A DNA stretch of 64,000 nucleotides from Polyangia bacterium (GCA_035578045.1 DATJWP010000096.1:18623-82622), one strand, 5' to 3'. Positions 7,481 through 17,604 are shown, numbered from the stretch's first letter. Numbers and translations: made by a program. The notes: a model not told the origin generated them from the letters alone.

Positions 7481-9793
7481 TCAGCTCATCTCGAGCCGGG
7501 CGCCGCTGGGCGGCGCGGTGGCCTCGGCGGCGACGGACAGCAGCGCAGTGAGCCCGTGGCGCTTGTTCACGTACCAGACGCGCGCCTCGCGGTCGTGGCT
7601 GCCGTTGTCGGCGCTGCCCGAGAAGAACACGACCGGCAGGCGCGGGTGGCGCCGGCGGACGGTGGCGGCCAGATCGGGGCCGGTCATCTCGCCGGCCACC
7701 AGGTCCAGCAGCAGCAGGCAGGGTGGGGCCGACGAGGTCGGGCCATCCAGGAACGCGACCGCCTCCTGGACGTCGCGCACGCAGACCACGCGATAGCCCC
7801 CGTTCTCGAGCAGCTCGACCACCTGCGCCCGCACGCTGTCCTCGTTCTCGCAGTAGAGGACGGGGCCCAGGGCGCGGGCGGGGGCGGCCTCGCGGCGGAA
7901 CGGGGCCATGGCGGCCGCCTCCGTGACGGGCAGGTAGACGAAGAACGTCGACCCCGTGCCCGGCGCGGATTCGACCCGCATGTGTCCGCCGGCCTGCTCG
8001 ACGATGCCGTAAGCGGTCGACAGACCCAGCCCGGTGCCGCGGCCCTCGGCCTTGGTCGTGAAGAACGGCTCGAACACGCGGCGGGCGGTGGCGGCGTCCA
8101 TTCCGGTGCCGGTGTCCTGGACGCTCAGCACGGCGTAGCGCCCGGGCCGTCCCACAGCGCCGTCCACCAGGCTCTCGGCGTCCGTCGACACGACCACCGT
8201 GCCGCCGGCCGGCATCGCGTCCCGGGCGTTGGTCACCAGGTTGATGATCACGCGCTCGATCTGCGCCGGGTCGGTCAGCACGCTGGGAATGGCCGGCGCG
8301 CAGCGGATGTCGAGCCCCATCGAGGCCGGGATCAGGCGCCTCAGCAGCGGCCGCAGGTTCTCGAGCAGCGCCGACAGGTCGACGGCCGAGATCTGCAGCG
8401 GCTGCTGCCGGCTGACCGCCTGCAGCTGGCGGGTCAGCACGGAGGCGCGATCCGCGGCCTTGCGGATGTCCAGCAGGTCGGCCGCCGCCGCGCGCCCGCC
8501 GTCCAGCGCCGCCCTTCCCAGCTGCGCGCTGGCCGCCTCGACACAGGACCAGATCACGAAGATCAGGTTGTTGAAGTCGTGGGCGATGCCTCCGGCGAGC
8601 TGGCCGATCGCCTCCATGCGCTGGCTGTCGACGGCCCGGGCCTCCAGCTCGACCTCGCGGGTGATGTCCCTGCCGACCCCCTGGAACGCCAGGCTCTCGC
8701 CGCGCGGCGAGAAGATGCCCCGGATCACCCAGCGGTGGGTGCGCCGCTGCCCCTGCAGCGGGCCGCGGCTGGGGGTGGCGTGCGCGATGATTTCGACGGT
8801 GGGGGACTCCGGGGTCAGCGCCATCGCGGTCGACCACAGGCGGTCGCGCTCGGCCGGATCGACCGGGGTCAGGACCGAGAGGCCCAGGACGTCCTTCACA
8901 TCCCGGTCGTAATACCGGCAGAGGGCCGAGTTCACGTAGGTCAGGCGGCCGTCGCCCGAGAACCGGAACACCATGACCGGCAGGTCCTCGACCATCCGCC
9001 GGTAACGCTCCTCGCTCTCCCACAGCGCCTCGGTGCCGATCCGCAGCTGGTGGCGCGCGGCGACCAGCTCGCGCTCGGCGTCCTCGCTGAGCAGGATCGA
9101 CAGCACGGGGCGCGGGTCCAGCCGCAGACCGTAGCGGCGGACTTCGTACGACAGGTAGGCGGCCACGACGGGCGCCAGCAGCGCCGCGACCAGCGCGCGC
9201 GAGAAGACGATCCCGCCCAGCTCGGCCCGCAGCTTGCCGTACTGGTGCGCCACCGGCACGTAGATCAGGCCGTCGGCCACGAACACCACCGCCAGCGTCA
9301 CGAAGACGGGCAAGAGCAGCGGGGCCCCGCGGAGGCGGCGGCGGAAGGCCTCCCAGACCAGGCCCAGCAGCACCAGGTCCATCAGCGACGCGGCGATCGA
9401 TGCCAGACTGGCCCGCAGGCCGCTGGCCGGGAACATCGCCTCCGGAAAGGCCGGGAACTGCGCGTGCATGATGGTCGCCATCAGCGCGTAGAGCAGCCCA
9501 GACCCCATCACGACCACCAGCGCCGCGCGCCCGGCAAACCGACCGTCCGCGACGTACAGCAGGAAGACCGACAGCAACGTCGCCGAGAAGAAGATGTTGG
9601 AGCCGACGTTCAGCTGCAGGTCCCCGACCGGGACCATCGAGTGGTGGGTCGCGATCCAGGACCCCAGGCGCATGAAGGCCAGGACGGCGTACGAGTAGAC
9701 CAGGGTCGTGCGGCGGCGCAGAGCGTGAACGCCCAGCACAATCGCGAACACGACGACCGCCTCCACCAGGAGGTACACGACCTTGTCGCTCAC
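7481..9793 (-). CDS. Hybrid sensor histidine kinase/response regulator with a multi-TM N-terminal sensor and a PAS domain
   Basis: 770 aa. About 6-7 hydrophobic helices are followed by a PAS-like region. H-box IAHDFNNL; N, G1 and G2 boxes NLVTNARDAM, DTGTGMD and GTGLGLS. The C-terminal receiver has LLLLDL and VVFFSG. Confidence 0.9.
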   Translation of the reverse strand: MSDKVVYLLVEAVVVFAIVLGVHALRRRTTLVYSYAVLAFMRLGSWIATHHSMVPVGDLQLNVGSNIFFSATLLSVFLLYVADGRFAGRAALVVVMGSGLLYALMATIMHAQFPAFPEAMFPASGLRASLASIAASLMDLVLLGLVWEAFRRRLRGAPLLLPVFVTLAVVFVADGLIYVPVAHQYGKLRAELGGIVFSRALVAALLAPVVAAYLSYEVRRYGLRLDPRPVLSILLSEDAERELVAARHQLRIGTEALWESEERYRRMVEDLPVMVFRFSGDGRLTYVNSALCRYYDRDVKDVLGLSVLTPVDPAERDRLWSTAMALTPESPTVEIIAHATPSRGPLQGQRRTHRWVIRGIFSPRGESLAFQGVGRDITREVELEARAVDSQRMEAIGQLAGGIAHDFNNLIFVIWSCVEAASAQLGRAALDGGRAAAADLLDIRKAADRASVLTRQLQAVSRQQPLQISAVDLSALLENLRPLLRRLIPASMGLDIRCAPAIPSVLTDPAQIERVIINLVTNARDAMPAGGTVVVSTDAESLVDGAVGRPGRYAVLSVQDTGTGMDAATARRVFEPFFTTKAEGRGTGLGLSTAYGIVEQAGGHMRVESAPGTGSTFFVYLPVTEAAAMAPFRREAAPARALGPVLYCENEDSVRAQVVELLENGGYRVVCVRDVQEAVAFLDGPTSSAPPCLLLLDLVAGEMTGPDLAATVRRRHPRLPVVFFSGSADNGSHDREARVWYVNKRHGLTALLSVAAEATAPPSGARLEMS

Positions 9794-9921
9794 CGCTTCC
9801 CCTCCCGGAGCGGGAGGTTATCGCAAAACGGGCGCTTGGGGCACCGTGCGGCGTCGCGGTCGCAAGGAAGCGAAGGAAGGCGGCCGCCGGCCGGGGGCCA
9901 TCACGGACACTGGCCGGTGGC

Positions 9922-11634
9922 CTAGGGTGATCCGCCGACCACCCGCAGCTCGGCCACGCTGGTCCAGGCCTGCCCGCTCACCTCGGACAGAGCGACCAGC
10001 CGGATGTAGCGGCCGGTCTTGCGCGTGAACATCACCCGCTGGGCGCTCAGATCCTGGGTGAAGGTGCCGGTCGCGACCGCGTCCCCCCAGTTCGTCTTGT
10101 CGCTGCTGACGTAGAACTGCCAGTCGGCGATCATGCCGTGGTTGCTGCCGTCCTGGCGGGCGACGTACTGGAACCCCTCGACGCCGTACGAGGCGCCCAG
10201 GTCGATCTGGATCTCGTGCGGGTGCGCCGGCGCGCTGCCGGTGTACTGCGTGTGCCAGAAGGTCGAGGTCGAGCCGTCGAAGGCGTTGGTGGCCTTGTCG
10301 TTCTCGTCCTGCGTCTCCTGGCTGTCGGCGTAGACCAGCGACCAGCCGCTCTGCGAGATCAGCGTCTGGTCGTCCGACCACTGCCCGGTGGCCAGGTCCA
10401 GCTGCCACTGCGTGTAGTCGTTCAAGGTCAGCGAGGTGCCCGAGATCTGGATGGGGATCCAGATGTACTTCGAGCTGACCAGATCGGGGTCCTGCCAGCG
10501 GTCGGCCGCGAAGATGTACGTGGTGGCTGCCCCCGGTTGGCTGCCGGTGAACGGGATGACGTAGGCCGACTGCGTGTCGAAGGTGGTGCTGTCGCCCACG
10601 TTCGTCAGGCTGCCCCAGGGGCCGGCCATGCTGGTGGCCGACGCGTACTGCGCCTGGTTCGAGTCCCAGCCGGTCGCCGCCGACGCGATCAGGTAGTAGC
10701 GCCCGTTCTGCTTGAAGACGGCGGGGGCCTCGCGCGACTTGCCCGCGAACACCTTGGCCACCTGGCTCTTGACGGTCAGGTAGTCGTCCGAGAGCTGGTA
10801 GATCATCATGTCCTGGTTGTTGTTGGCGGCCGAGATGAAGTAGGCGGTGCCGTCGTCGTCCTTGAACAGCGTGTCGTCGCGCGACATGTTGCCGTCGGGC
10901 TGGAAGTGGCTCTTTTGAACGTAGTCGCCGTCGACCGTGGGGCCGGTGAAGACGCCGGCCTCCGCGGTCGCGTAGTTCGCCCCATCCCAGTGCAGCCACA
11001 TCACGTACTGCTGGGTCGACTCGTTGTAGACGACCTTGGGGCGTTCGATGATCCGGTCCGAGGCGGCCAGATCGGTCGAGGTCTGCCGGGTGATGATGGC
11101 GTTGCGGAACTCCCAGTTGACCAGGTCCTTGGAGGCGTAGCAGTTGACCGCGTTGAAGTTCCCCGAGTTCTTGGACTTGTCCTCGCCGACCCAGTACCAG
11201 GTGTCGCCGACCTGGATGAACCCGCCGCCGTGCGCCTCGATGCGCTTGCCGCTGGTGTCGTTCCAGAACCCGTTGTTGGCGATGGTGACCCAGTCGCCGG
11301 CGCCGGAGACTCCGCCCGCGGGGGTCGAGCCGCCCGACCCGCCCGGGGCGCCGGCCGCGCCACCGCCTGCGTGACCACCGGTGCCGGCCGGGCGCCCCGC
11401 GGCGCCGCCGGTCCCGCCCGTCGCGCGGATTCCGCCCTGGCCGCCCCCGGGGTTGCCCGCGACGCCCGTTCCCCCGGTGGCCTGGACCCCGCCGGTGCCG
11501 GCGGGTGCGCCGCCGCTGCCGGTCGCGCCGCCGCCCGTTCCGGTTCCGCCCGTCCCGCTCGCGTCCTGCGTCCCTTTGCCGCCGCAGGCGGCCGCCAGGA
11601 CGGCCACCAGGAACGTCAGCCGAAATCGGCGCAT
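9922..11634 (-). CDS. Glycoside hydrolase family 43 lipoprotein with a C-terminal F5/8 type C (CBM32-like) domain
   Basis: Lipobox LAAACG and a Gly-rich linker. The GH43-like core has IEAHGGGFIQVGDTWYWVGEDK and PAVFKQNGRYYLI. The discoidin-like C-terminus has NAFDGSTSTFWHT..IRLVALSE. Confidence 0.85.
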   Translation of the reverse strand: MRRFRLTFLVAVLAAACGGKGTQDASGTGGTGTGGGATGSGGAPAGTGGVQATGGTGVAGNPGGGQGGIRATGGTGGAAGRPAGTGGHAGGGAAGAPGGSGGSTPAGGVSGAGDWVTIANNGFWNDTSGKRIEAHGGGFIQVGDTWYWVGEDKSKNSGNFNAVNCYASKDLVNWEFRNAIITRQTSTDLAASDRIIERPKVVYNESTQQYVMWLHWDGANYATAEAGVFTGPTVDGDYVQKSHFQPDGNMSRDDTLFKDDDGTAYFISAANNNQDMMIYQLSDDYLTVKSQVAKVFAGKSREAPAVFKQNGRYYLIASAATGWDSNQAQYASATSMAGPWGSLTNVGDSTTFDTQSAYVIPFTGSQPGAATTYIFAADRWQDPDLVSSKYIWIPIQISGTSLTLNDYTQWQLDLATGQWSDDQTLISQSGWSLVYADSQETQDENDKATNAFDGSTSTFWHTQYTGSAPAHPHEIQIDLGASYGVEGFQYVARQDGSNHGMIADWQFYVSSDKTNWGDAVATGTFTQDLSAQRVMFTRKTGRYIRLVALSEVSGQAWTSVAELRVVGGSP

Positions 11635-11699
11635 CAGTCGAGGCTCTCGCGCGTGGAGGGCCTGGTCAACCGCCCCGATGCTCTCACATTTGGACGCCC

Positions 11700-13760
11700 A
11701 TGAACGGAACCGACCTGGTCGTCGACCTGGCGCTCATCATGCTGGTGGCGGCGGTCACGACGGTGCTGTTCCAGCGCCTGCGCCAGCCGGTGGTGCTGGG
11801 TTACCTGCTGGCGGGCGTCATCGTGGGCCCGCACTTCCCGGTCCCGCTGTTCGCCAACGAGGACGTCGCCCACCACCTGTCCGAGCTGGGCGTCGAGCTG
11901 CTGATGTTCTCGCTGGGGCTCGAGCTGAGCCTGGGCAAGCTGGTCGAGGTCGCCCCGATCGCCGGCGTCGTCGCGGTCATCGAGTGCAGCCTGCAGCTCT
12001 GGTCCGGCTACGCGCTGGGCCGGGCGCTGGGCGGGTCCTCGGTCGAGAGCCTGTTCGTCGGCGCGATGCTGGCCATCTCGAGCACCACCATCATCGTCAA
12101 GGCCTTCGCCGAACAGAAGATCGGCGGCCGCTTCGCGGACCTGGTGTTCGGCGTGCTGGTGGTCGAGGACCTGGTCGCGATCCTGTTGCTGGCCATCCTG
12201 ACCGCCATCGGTTCGGGGGCGAAGCTGTCGCCGCACGCGCTGGCCACCACCGTGGCCCGGCTGGTCATCTTCCTGCTCGCGACGCTGGCGTTCGGGATGC
12301 TGATCGTGCCGCGCGCGGTGCGGGCGATCCTGCGGCTGCAGCGGGCCGAGACGACCGTGGTGGCGGTCATCGGCCTTTGCTTCGGCTTCTCGCTGCTGGC
12401 GCGCGCGTTCGGCTACTCGGTGGCGCTGGGCGCGTTCCTGGGGGGCGCGCTGGTGGCCGAGTCGGGCGAGGGGCACCAGATCGCCGAGCTCATCGCCCCC
12501 GTGCGCGACATGTTCGCCGCCATCTTCTTCGTGTCGGTCGGCATGTTGATCGATCCCAAGGTCATCGTGGCGCACTGGGGGGTGATCCTGGCGATGATGG
12601 CGGTGGTGGTCGTGGGCAAGGTCGTGGGGGTCTCGGTCGGCGCGTTCCTGACCGGCAACGGCGTGGCCACGTCGGTCCGCGCCGGAATGAGCTTCGCGCA
12701 GATCGGCGAGCTGTCGTTCATCATCGCGGCGCTGGGGCTGTCGCTGGGCGCGGTCCGCCCCTATCTGTACCCGGTGGCGGTGTCTGTCTCGGCGCTGACC
12801 GCGCTGACGACGCCGTGGTTGATCCGGGCGGCCGGCCCGGTTGCGGCGTTCCTGGACCGGCGGCTGCCCCACGCCGTGCAGACCTATGCCTCGCTGTACG
12901 GCGCCTGGATCGACCGCCTGCGCGAGGTGCGGCAGCAGGGGTCCAGCTGGGCGCGGATTCGCCGTCTGGTGTTGCGGCTGCTGGCCGACGTCTGCGGGAT
13001 TGCCGCCGTGACGATCGGGGCCTCGCTGGCGTTCCCGGCGGTCGAGCGCGCGGCCGCGCGTCTGGGCTGGAACCCCAGCTCGCTGGTCGCTCGGGCGGGC
13101 CTGATCGCCGTGGGCGTGCTGCTGGCGGCGCCGTTCGGCGTGGGCGCCGTCCGGGTGGCGCGCGCGCTGGGCCTGCGCCTGGCGCTCGAGGCGCTGCCCG
13201 CGGACCAGACCGTCGATCTGTCGGCGGCACCGCGGCGCGCGCTGGTGGTGACCATCCAGATCGCCATCCTGCTGGCTGCCGGTATTCCACTGCTGGCGGT
13301 GACGCAGCCGTTCGTGCGGTCGGCGGCCGGGCCGGTGCTGCTGGTGCTCTTGCTGGCCGCGCTGATCGTTCCGCTCTGGCGGAGCGCGACCAACCTGGAG
13401 GAGCACGTCCGGGCCGGCGCCCAGGTGGTGGTCGAGGAGCTGGCCGCGCAGGGGCGCCGCGGGCACCAGCCGCCGGCCCGCCCCCCCGCGGTCGAGCGCG
13501 TGCTGGCGGGCATCGGCGGCGCCACGCCGGTCCGACTGGCGGCGGGCTCGCCGGCCATCGGGCGCACGCTGAAGCAGTTGGCCTTGCGGGGGCTCACGTC
13601 GGCGGCGGTGGTGGCGATCGATCGCGGCCAGGCCGGCCTGATCTTTCCGACCGGCGACGAAGCGCTGGCCGAGGGAGACGTGCTGGTGCTGACCGGCAGC
13701 CGCGAGGCCCTCGAGGCTGCCGAAAAGTTGCTGAAAATTGCCCGGGCGCCCGGCGATTGA
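11700..13760 (+). CDS. Cation:proton antiporter (CPA2/Kef-type) with a C-terminal RCK_C/TrkA_C domain
   Basis: In-frame ATG at 11700 within track ORF 11505..13760. The N-terminus VVDLALIMLVAAVTTVLFQRLRQPVVLGYLLAGVIVGP is followed by about 12 TM helices. The C-terminus has GRTLKQL.LR..AVVAIDR..GDVLVLTG. Confidence 0.85.
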   Translation: MNGTDLVVDLALIMLVAAVTTVLFQRLRQPVVLGYLLAGVIVGPHFPVPLFANEDVAHHLSELGVELLMFSLGLELSLGKLVEVAPIAGVVAVIECSLQLWSGYALGRALGGSSVESLFVGAMLAISSTTIIVKAFAEQKIGGRFADLVFGVLVVEDLVAILLLAILTAIGSGAKLSPHALATTVARLVIFLLATLAFGMLIVPRAVRAILRLQRAETTVVAVIGLCFGFSLLARAFGYSVALGAFLGGALVAESGEGHQIAELIAPVRDMFAAIFFVSVGMLIDPKVIVAHWGVILAMMAVVVVGKVVGVSVGAFLTGNGVATSVRAGMSFAQIGELSFIIAALGLSLGAVRPYLYPVAVSVSALTALTTPWLIRAAGPVAAFLDRRLPHAVQTYASLYGAWIDRLREVRQQGSSWARIRRLVLRLLADVCGIAAVTIGASLAFPAVERAAARLGWNPSSLVARAGLIAVGVLLAAPFGVGAVRVARALGLRLALEALPADQTVDLSAAPRRALVVTIQIAILLAAGIPLLAVTQPFVRSAAGPVLLVLLLAALIVPLWRSATNLEEHVRAGAQVVVEELAAQGRRGHQPPARPPAVERVLAGIGGATPVRLAAGSPAIGRTLKQLALRGLTSAAVVAIDRGQAGLIFPTGDEALAEGDVLVLTGSREALEAAEKLLKIARAPGD

Positions 13761-13791
13761 AATTTATCGCCCGGAGCGCGTTGTCACGGGC

Positions 13792-15201
13792 ATGACCACC
13801 ATGAGATCACGCGCGCTTGGCTTCGTTCTGTTGTGGGGAGTCGCAGTCGGCTGCGGGAGCTCGGGATCGAGCGAGGGTACCGGAGGGTCGGGCGGTCACG
13901 CGACCGGCGGCCACCTGGGGACGGGCGGCAGCGTGGGCAGTGGCGGCAGCGTGGGCTCGGGTGGTCACGCCGGCAGCGGCACCGGCGGCTCGGCGACCGG
14001 CGGTCAGGCCGGAAGCAGCGTGGGCTCGGGCGGTCACGCCGGCAGCGGCGCCGGCGGCTCGGCGACCGGCGGCAACGAAGGCGGCACCGGCGGCATGGCC
14101 GGTGGCGGCGGTGGTCACGCGGGCGGCGCGGGCGGTGCGGCTGGCAGCGCGGGCGGCGGCGCTGGTGGTCACGCGGGTACGGGCGGCGCGACCGGCACCG
14201 CCGGTGGCGCGGGTGGCGGCGGTGGTCACGCGGGCGCGGGCGGCGCGGCTGGCAGTGCGGGCGGCGCGGCCGGAAGCTCGGCGGGCGCCGGTGGCGCGGC
14301 CGGCGGCGGCGCGGGTGGTCACGCGGGTGCGGGCGGTGCGGCTGGCAGCGCCGGTGGCGCGGCCGGTGCCAGCGCGGGCGGCGCGGGTGGCGCAGCGGGC
14401 GGTGCTGGTGGCGCGGATGCGGCGCTGATCCGCGGCGGGTATCTGGTGAAGAGCGTGCTCGGCTGCACCGGTTGCCATGGCAACGATCTGTCGGGCAAGG
14501 ACTGCTTCGCGGGCAGCACCAGCGGCCCCGATTGTCTGAGCAGCGCGAACCTGACGCCGGACGCGACCGGTCTGATGGGTGTCAGCGATCAAGCGATCAA
14601 GGACGCGTTCAGGGTGGGCAAGGATCCCGATGGGTCGGGTAACTATCTGTTCTCGAACATGCCCTACTACCAGTTCACGCCCCTGACCGACGCCGACGCC
14701 GATGCGATCGTCGCGTACTTGAAGTCGGTGCCCGCCGTCTCGCACACGGTCGCGGCCGACGTCGGCATGTACGCCGAAGCCAATCGAAAGACTTCTCCCG
14801 ACTGGACGGGTGTGACGCTGTCGAGCGCCGACAACGGACAGTACATGGCGACGCTCACCTGCATCACCTGCCACACCGTCCGCGCCTCCGGCACCCCGAC
14901 GCACATCGATCCGACCAAGGCCTTCCAGGGGGGCTTCACGGTCACGGTCAGCGGACACGCCATTCAGACCTCCAACCTGACGCCCGACGCCACCGGCATC
15001 ATGGGCTGGACGGTCGATGAGATCGCCAACACGATCATCAACGATCTGGACAGGTCGACCCCGACCCCGAAGACGATCTGCGGGATGCGCGCGCTGTCCG
15101 GCATGCATACGTCCGACGCCGACGACATCGCCACCTACCTGCTGGGGTTGACGCCGGTGGTGAACAACATCACCCAGACCTGCAGCGCCGCCGGGTTGTG
15201 A
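13792..15201 (+). CDS. Di-heme cytochrome c lipoprotein with a long Gly/Ala/His-rich linker
   Basis: In-frame ATG at 13792 and lipobox AVGCG. Residues 22-208 are low complexity. There are two CxxCH motifs (CTGCHG, CITCHT). Confidence 0.8.
   Translation: MTTMRSRALGFVLLWGVAVGCGSSGSSEGTGGSGGHATGGHLGTGGSVGSGGSVGSGGHAGSGTGGSATGGQAGSSVGSGGHAGSGAGGSATGGNEGGTGGMAGGGGGHAGGAGGAAGSAGGGAGGHAGTGGATGTAGGAGGGGGHAGAGGAAGSAGGAAGSSAGAGGAAGGGAGGHAGAGGAAGSAGGAAGASAGGAGGAAGGAGGADAALIRGGYLVKSVLGCTGCHGNDLSGKDCFAGSTSGPDCLSSANLTPDATGLMGVSDQAIKDAFRVGKDPDGSGNYLFSNMPYYQFTPLTDADADAIVAYLKSVPAVSHTVAADVGMYAEANRKTSPDWTGVTLSSADNGQYMATLTCITCHTVRASGTPTHIDPTKAFQGGFTVTVSGHAIQTSNLTPDATGIMGWTVDEIANTIINDLDRSTPTPKTICGMRALSGMHTSDADDIATYLLGLTPVVNNITQTCSAAGL
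13951..14072 (+). repeat. Tandem 69-nt (23-codon) duplication inside the cytochrome c linker
   Basis: gtgggctcgggtggtcacgccggcagcggcaccggcggctcggcgaccggcgg at 13951 recurs at 14020. I counted 2 mismatches over about 53 nt. Confidence 0.7.
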
Positions 15202-15237
15202 TTTGCAGTCTCGGGCTTCCTCATCAACGATAGAGGG

Positions 15238-16152
15238 GTGGAAACCCGGGATCACATCACTCGTGGCCTGTTAGAGGGTGGGGCGGCGCGCGTGGTCGCG
15301 GTGACGGCGACGGACGTCGCCCGCGAGGCCGCGCGCCGTCACGACGCGTCCGGCGCGGCAGCGGTCGCGCTGGCCCGCGGTCTGACCGCCGGGCTCATGC
15401 TGGCGACGCTGACCAAGGACGAGGAGCGGGTCACCTTGCAAGTGCTGGGCGACGGCCCGCTCGGCACGCTGACCGTCGACGCCACGGCGGCCGGCACCGC
15501 GCGCGCCTACGTGAAGAACCCGGCGGTGCGGCTGGCCCAGCCGGCGGGCGGCGCCCGCTTCGAGATCGCGCCGGCGGTCGGTCGCTCCGGCCTCATCAGC
15601 GTCGTGCGCGACGTCGGCCTGCGCGACAACTTCCGGGGCCAGACGTCGCTGATGACCGGAGAGATCGACGAGGACGTCGAGCACTACCTGAACGTGAGCG
15701 AGCAGATCGAGAGCGCGCTCGGCTGCGAGGCGCTCCTCGACCCCGCGGGAGACGTGGTCAGCGCGGCCGGGCTGCTGGTGCAGGCGCTGCCCGGCAGCCA
15801 GGCGGCCGGACAGGTCCGGGCCGCGCGCGCGCGACTGCGCGCCGGTGCCCTGGCGGGCGCCATGGCTGGAGCGGACGACGTCGCCAAGCTGGTGGCTGCC
15901 ACGCTGGGGCCCGAGCTGGGGCCGGCCCAGCTGCTGGACCTGCGGCCGGTCACCTTTCGCTGTCCCTGTTCGCGCACGCGCGCGGGCGCGTCGCTGGCGC
16001 TGCTGGGGCAGGCAGAGGTGGCGCAGATGCTGGTCGAGGACGGCCGGGCCGAGGTGACCTGTAACTTCTGCCGCGCGCGCTACGAATTCTCGGCGGAGGA
16101 TCTGGAGCTCATCCGCCGCGAGCTCGACAGGTCGGCCGGCCTGCCCAGCTGA
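15238..16152 (+). CDS. hslO: Hsp33 family redox-regulated chaperone
   Basis: 304 aa with a GTG start. The Hsp33-like core carries the C-terminal zinc centre CPCS...CNFC. Confidence 0.85.
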   Translation: METRDHITRGLLEGGAARVVAVTATDVAREAARRHDASGAAAVALARGLTAGLMLATLTKDEERVTLQVLGDGPLGTLTVDATAAGTARAYVKNPAVRLAQPAGGARFEIAPAVGRSGLISVVRDVGLRDNFRGQTSLMTGEIDEDVEHYLNVSEQIESALGCEALLDPAGDVVSAAGLLVQALPGSQAAGQVRAARARLRAGALAGAMAGADDVAKLVAATLGPELGPAQLLDLRPVTFRCPCSRTRAGASLALLGQAEVAQMLVEDGRAEVTCNFCRARYEFSAEDLELIRRELDRSAGLPS

Positions 16153-16167
16153 CCGCCGGCGCGATCT

Positions 16168-17361
16168 TCACTCGCGCGTCGACACTTCACCCAAGCAACG
16201 GTTGAGGCAGCCGGACGCCTCGGTCTGGCACGAGGTCGCCTTCTTGTCGGACAGGCAGCTGGTCCCCCGCTGGTAGGCCTCGGTGCAGAGCTGGTAGCAG
16301 CTGTAGTTCCCCTCGGGATATCGCGGGCAGCTGCAGGCGCGGTAGTTGGGCTCGGCCTGGATGGCGGACAGGCACTGGGTCCGCGCGCTGCTCGAAGCCT
16401 CCAGGCAGCGGTCGCGGATGTCGTAGCAGCTCTTCTCGCAGGTCGCGACCTCGCCGCCCGCCTTGCTGCTGCCGCCGCTGGCAGGCCGTGCGGGCGCCTC
16501 GGCCGCCGGGGTCTCGGTGGCCTTGGCCGGCGTGAAGTCGGACGGAGCCGCCGAGGCGTGCGTGCTCTCGGCACCCGGCGGCGTCTGGCAGGTGCCCTCG
16601 GCGCCGCACTCCTCCGGGTCGGGGCAGTCGGTGTCCTTGCCGCACGCCTTGTGTCCGGACGAGATCCCGCACCGCCCCGCCACGCAGACCCGCCCGTTGC
16701 GGCACTCGCGATCCGCGGTGCAGCCGCCACCCGAGGCAACGACGGCGTCCTTCCTGGCGGGCGCCGGAAGCGCGGGAAGGCTCTGGCCGCCCGAACACTC
16801 GCTGTAAGCCGCTTCGACCGTGGGGCGGCGGCTGGTCCAGGCCGGGTGGGTGGCCGGCGGAAACGCCGCCATCGCCGACAGCGCGGACTGCAGCGCGGCG
16901 GGCTTCAGATCGGCCTTCCCCAGCGCGCAGCCGGCCCACGCGTCGGCGCGCAGCTCAGCGTCCCAGCCGCTGTTCATCCAGCTCGGATGATTGCCGATCG
17001 TGTCCAGGTGGTGCCCCAGCTGGTGCGCGACGAACCCGATCGTCGCGTTCGGGCCGTACGACGACTTGATCACGGCCAGGAACTTCGGGTTGAACGCGAT
17101 CTCGGTGACGCCGATGCCGGTCGTCGCCGTGAGCGCGTCGGGCGTCGTCGGGTTCACGACCAGCACCACCTTGCCGCAGCCCTTGGGACACAGGACCGCC
17201 TTCACGCGCTTCAGATCCGCTTGCAGGTTGGCGGGCGGCGTCGCGTCGGCGGTCGCGTCGTACGGCTTGGTGGTCGGCCCGAGCGCGCAGAGGAGCTGCG
17301 CCTGGGCGGGCGTCGTCAGCACCACCGCGGTGAGCAGCGAGAGGCAAAGGACGAGCTTCAT
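16168..17361 (-). CDS. Secreted YpfJ-like (neutral zinc metallopeptidase family) protein with an HQxxH variant and a Cys-rich C-terminus
   Basis: Signal peptide MKLVLCLSLLTAVVLTTPAQA. AHQLGHHLD..ELRADAWAGC parallels the AHExGHH..ELQADCxAG signature of PF04228 as I recall it. The C-terminal half has about 25 Cys. Confidence 0.65.
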   Translation of the reverse strand: MKLVLCLSLLTAVVLTTPAQAQLLCALGPTTKPYDATADATPPANLQADLKRVKAVLCPKGCGKVVLVVNPTTPDALTATTGIGVTEIAFNPKFLAVIKSSYGPNATIGFVAHQLGHHLDTIGNHPSWMNSGWDAELRADAWAGCALGKADLKPAALQSALSAMAAFPPATHPAWTSRRPTVEAAYSECSGGQSLPALPAPARKDAVVASGGGCTADRECRNGRVCVAGRCGISSGHKACGKDTDCPDPEECGAEGTCQTPPGAESTHASAAPSDFTPAKATETPAAEAPARPASGGSSKAGGEVATCEKSCYDIRDRCLEASSSARTQCLSAIQAEPNYRACSCPRYPEGNYSCYQLCTEAYQRGTSCLSDKKATSCQTEASGCLNRCLGEVSTRE

Positions 17362-17604
17362 GGCGCGACTCCTGATCGAGAAGTGGTCGAGGGGTTATGT
17401 GCTTCTCCCACGACAAACGCCAGGTAGCCGAGTGTTGGCTGTCACCGCAACCGCCCGTCCGGGCGCGGCGCGTCGCCTCCGGGGCCGCAGAATCATCGAG
17501 ATCCCGACGGCTGCGCATATCTGCGTCGGTGTAGGAGGTAGGCGCAGGCCACAAAAGCTCGCTATCGGAGATCGTGCTTCCGGATACAATGACGACTGCC
17601 CCCC

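Noticed and set aside
13855-14415. Periodic GGC-rich repeats, possibly a CRISPR array or a non-coding minisatellite. Similar repeats occur at 17700..18200, 19160..19450 and 36240..36520.
   Set aside because: The units are 15-69 nt, contiguous without unique spacers, and lie in frame inside lipoprotein ORFs as Gly-rich linkers. They are not CRISPR-like.
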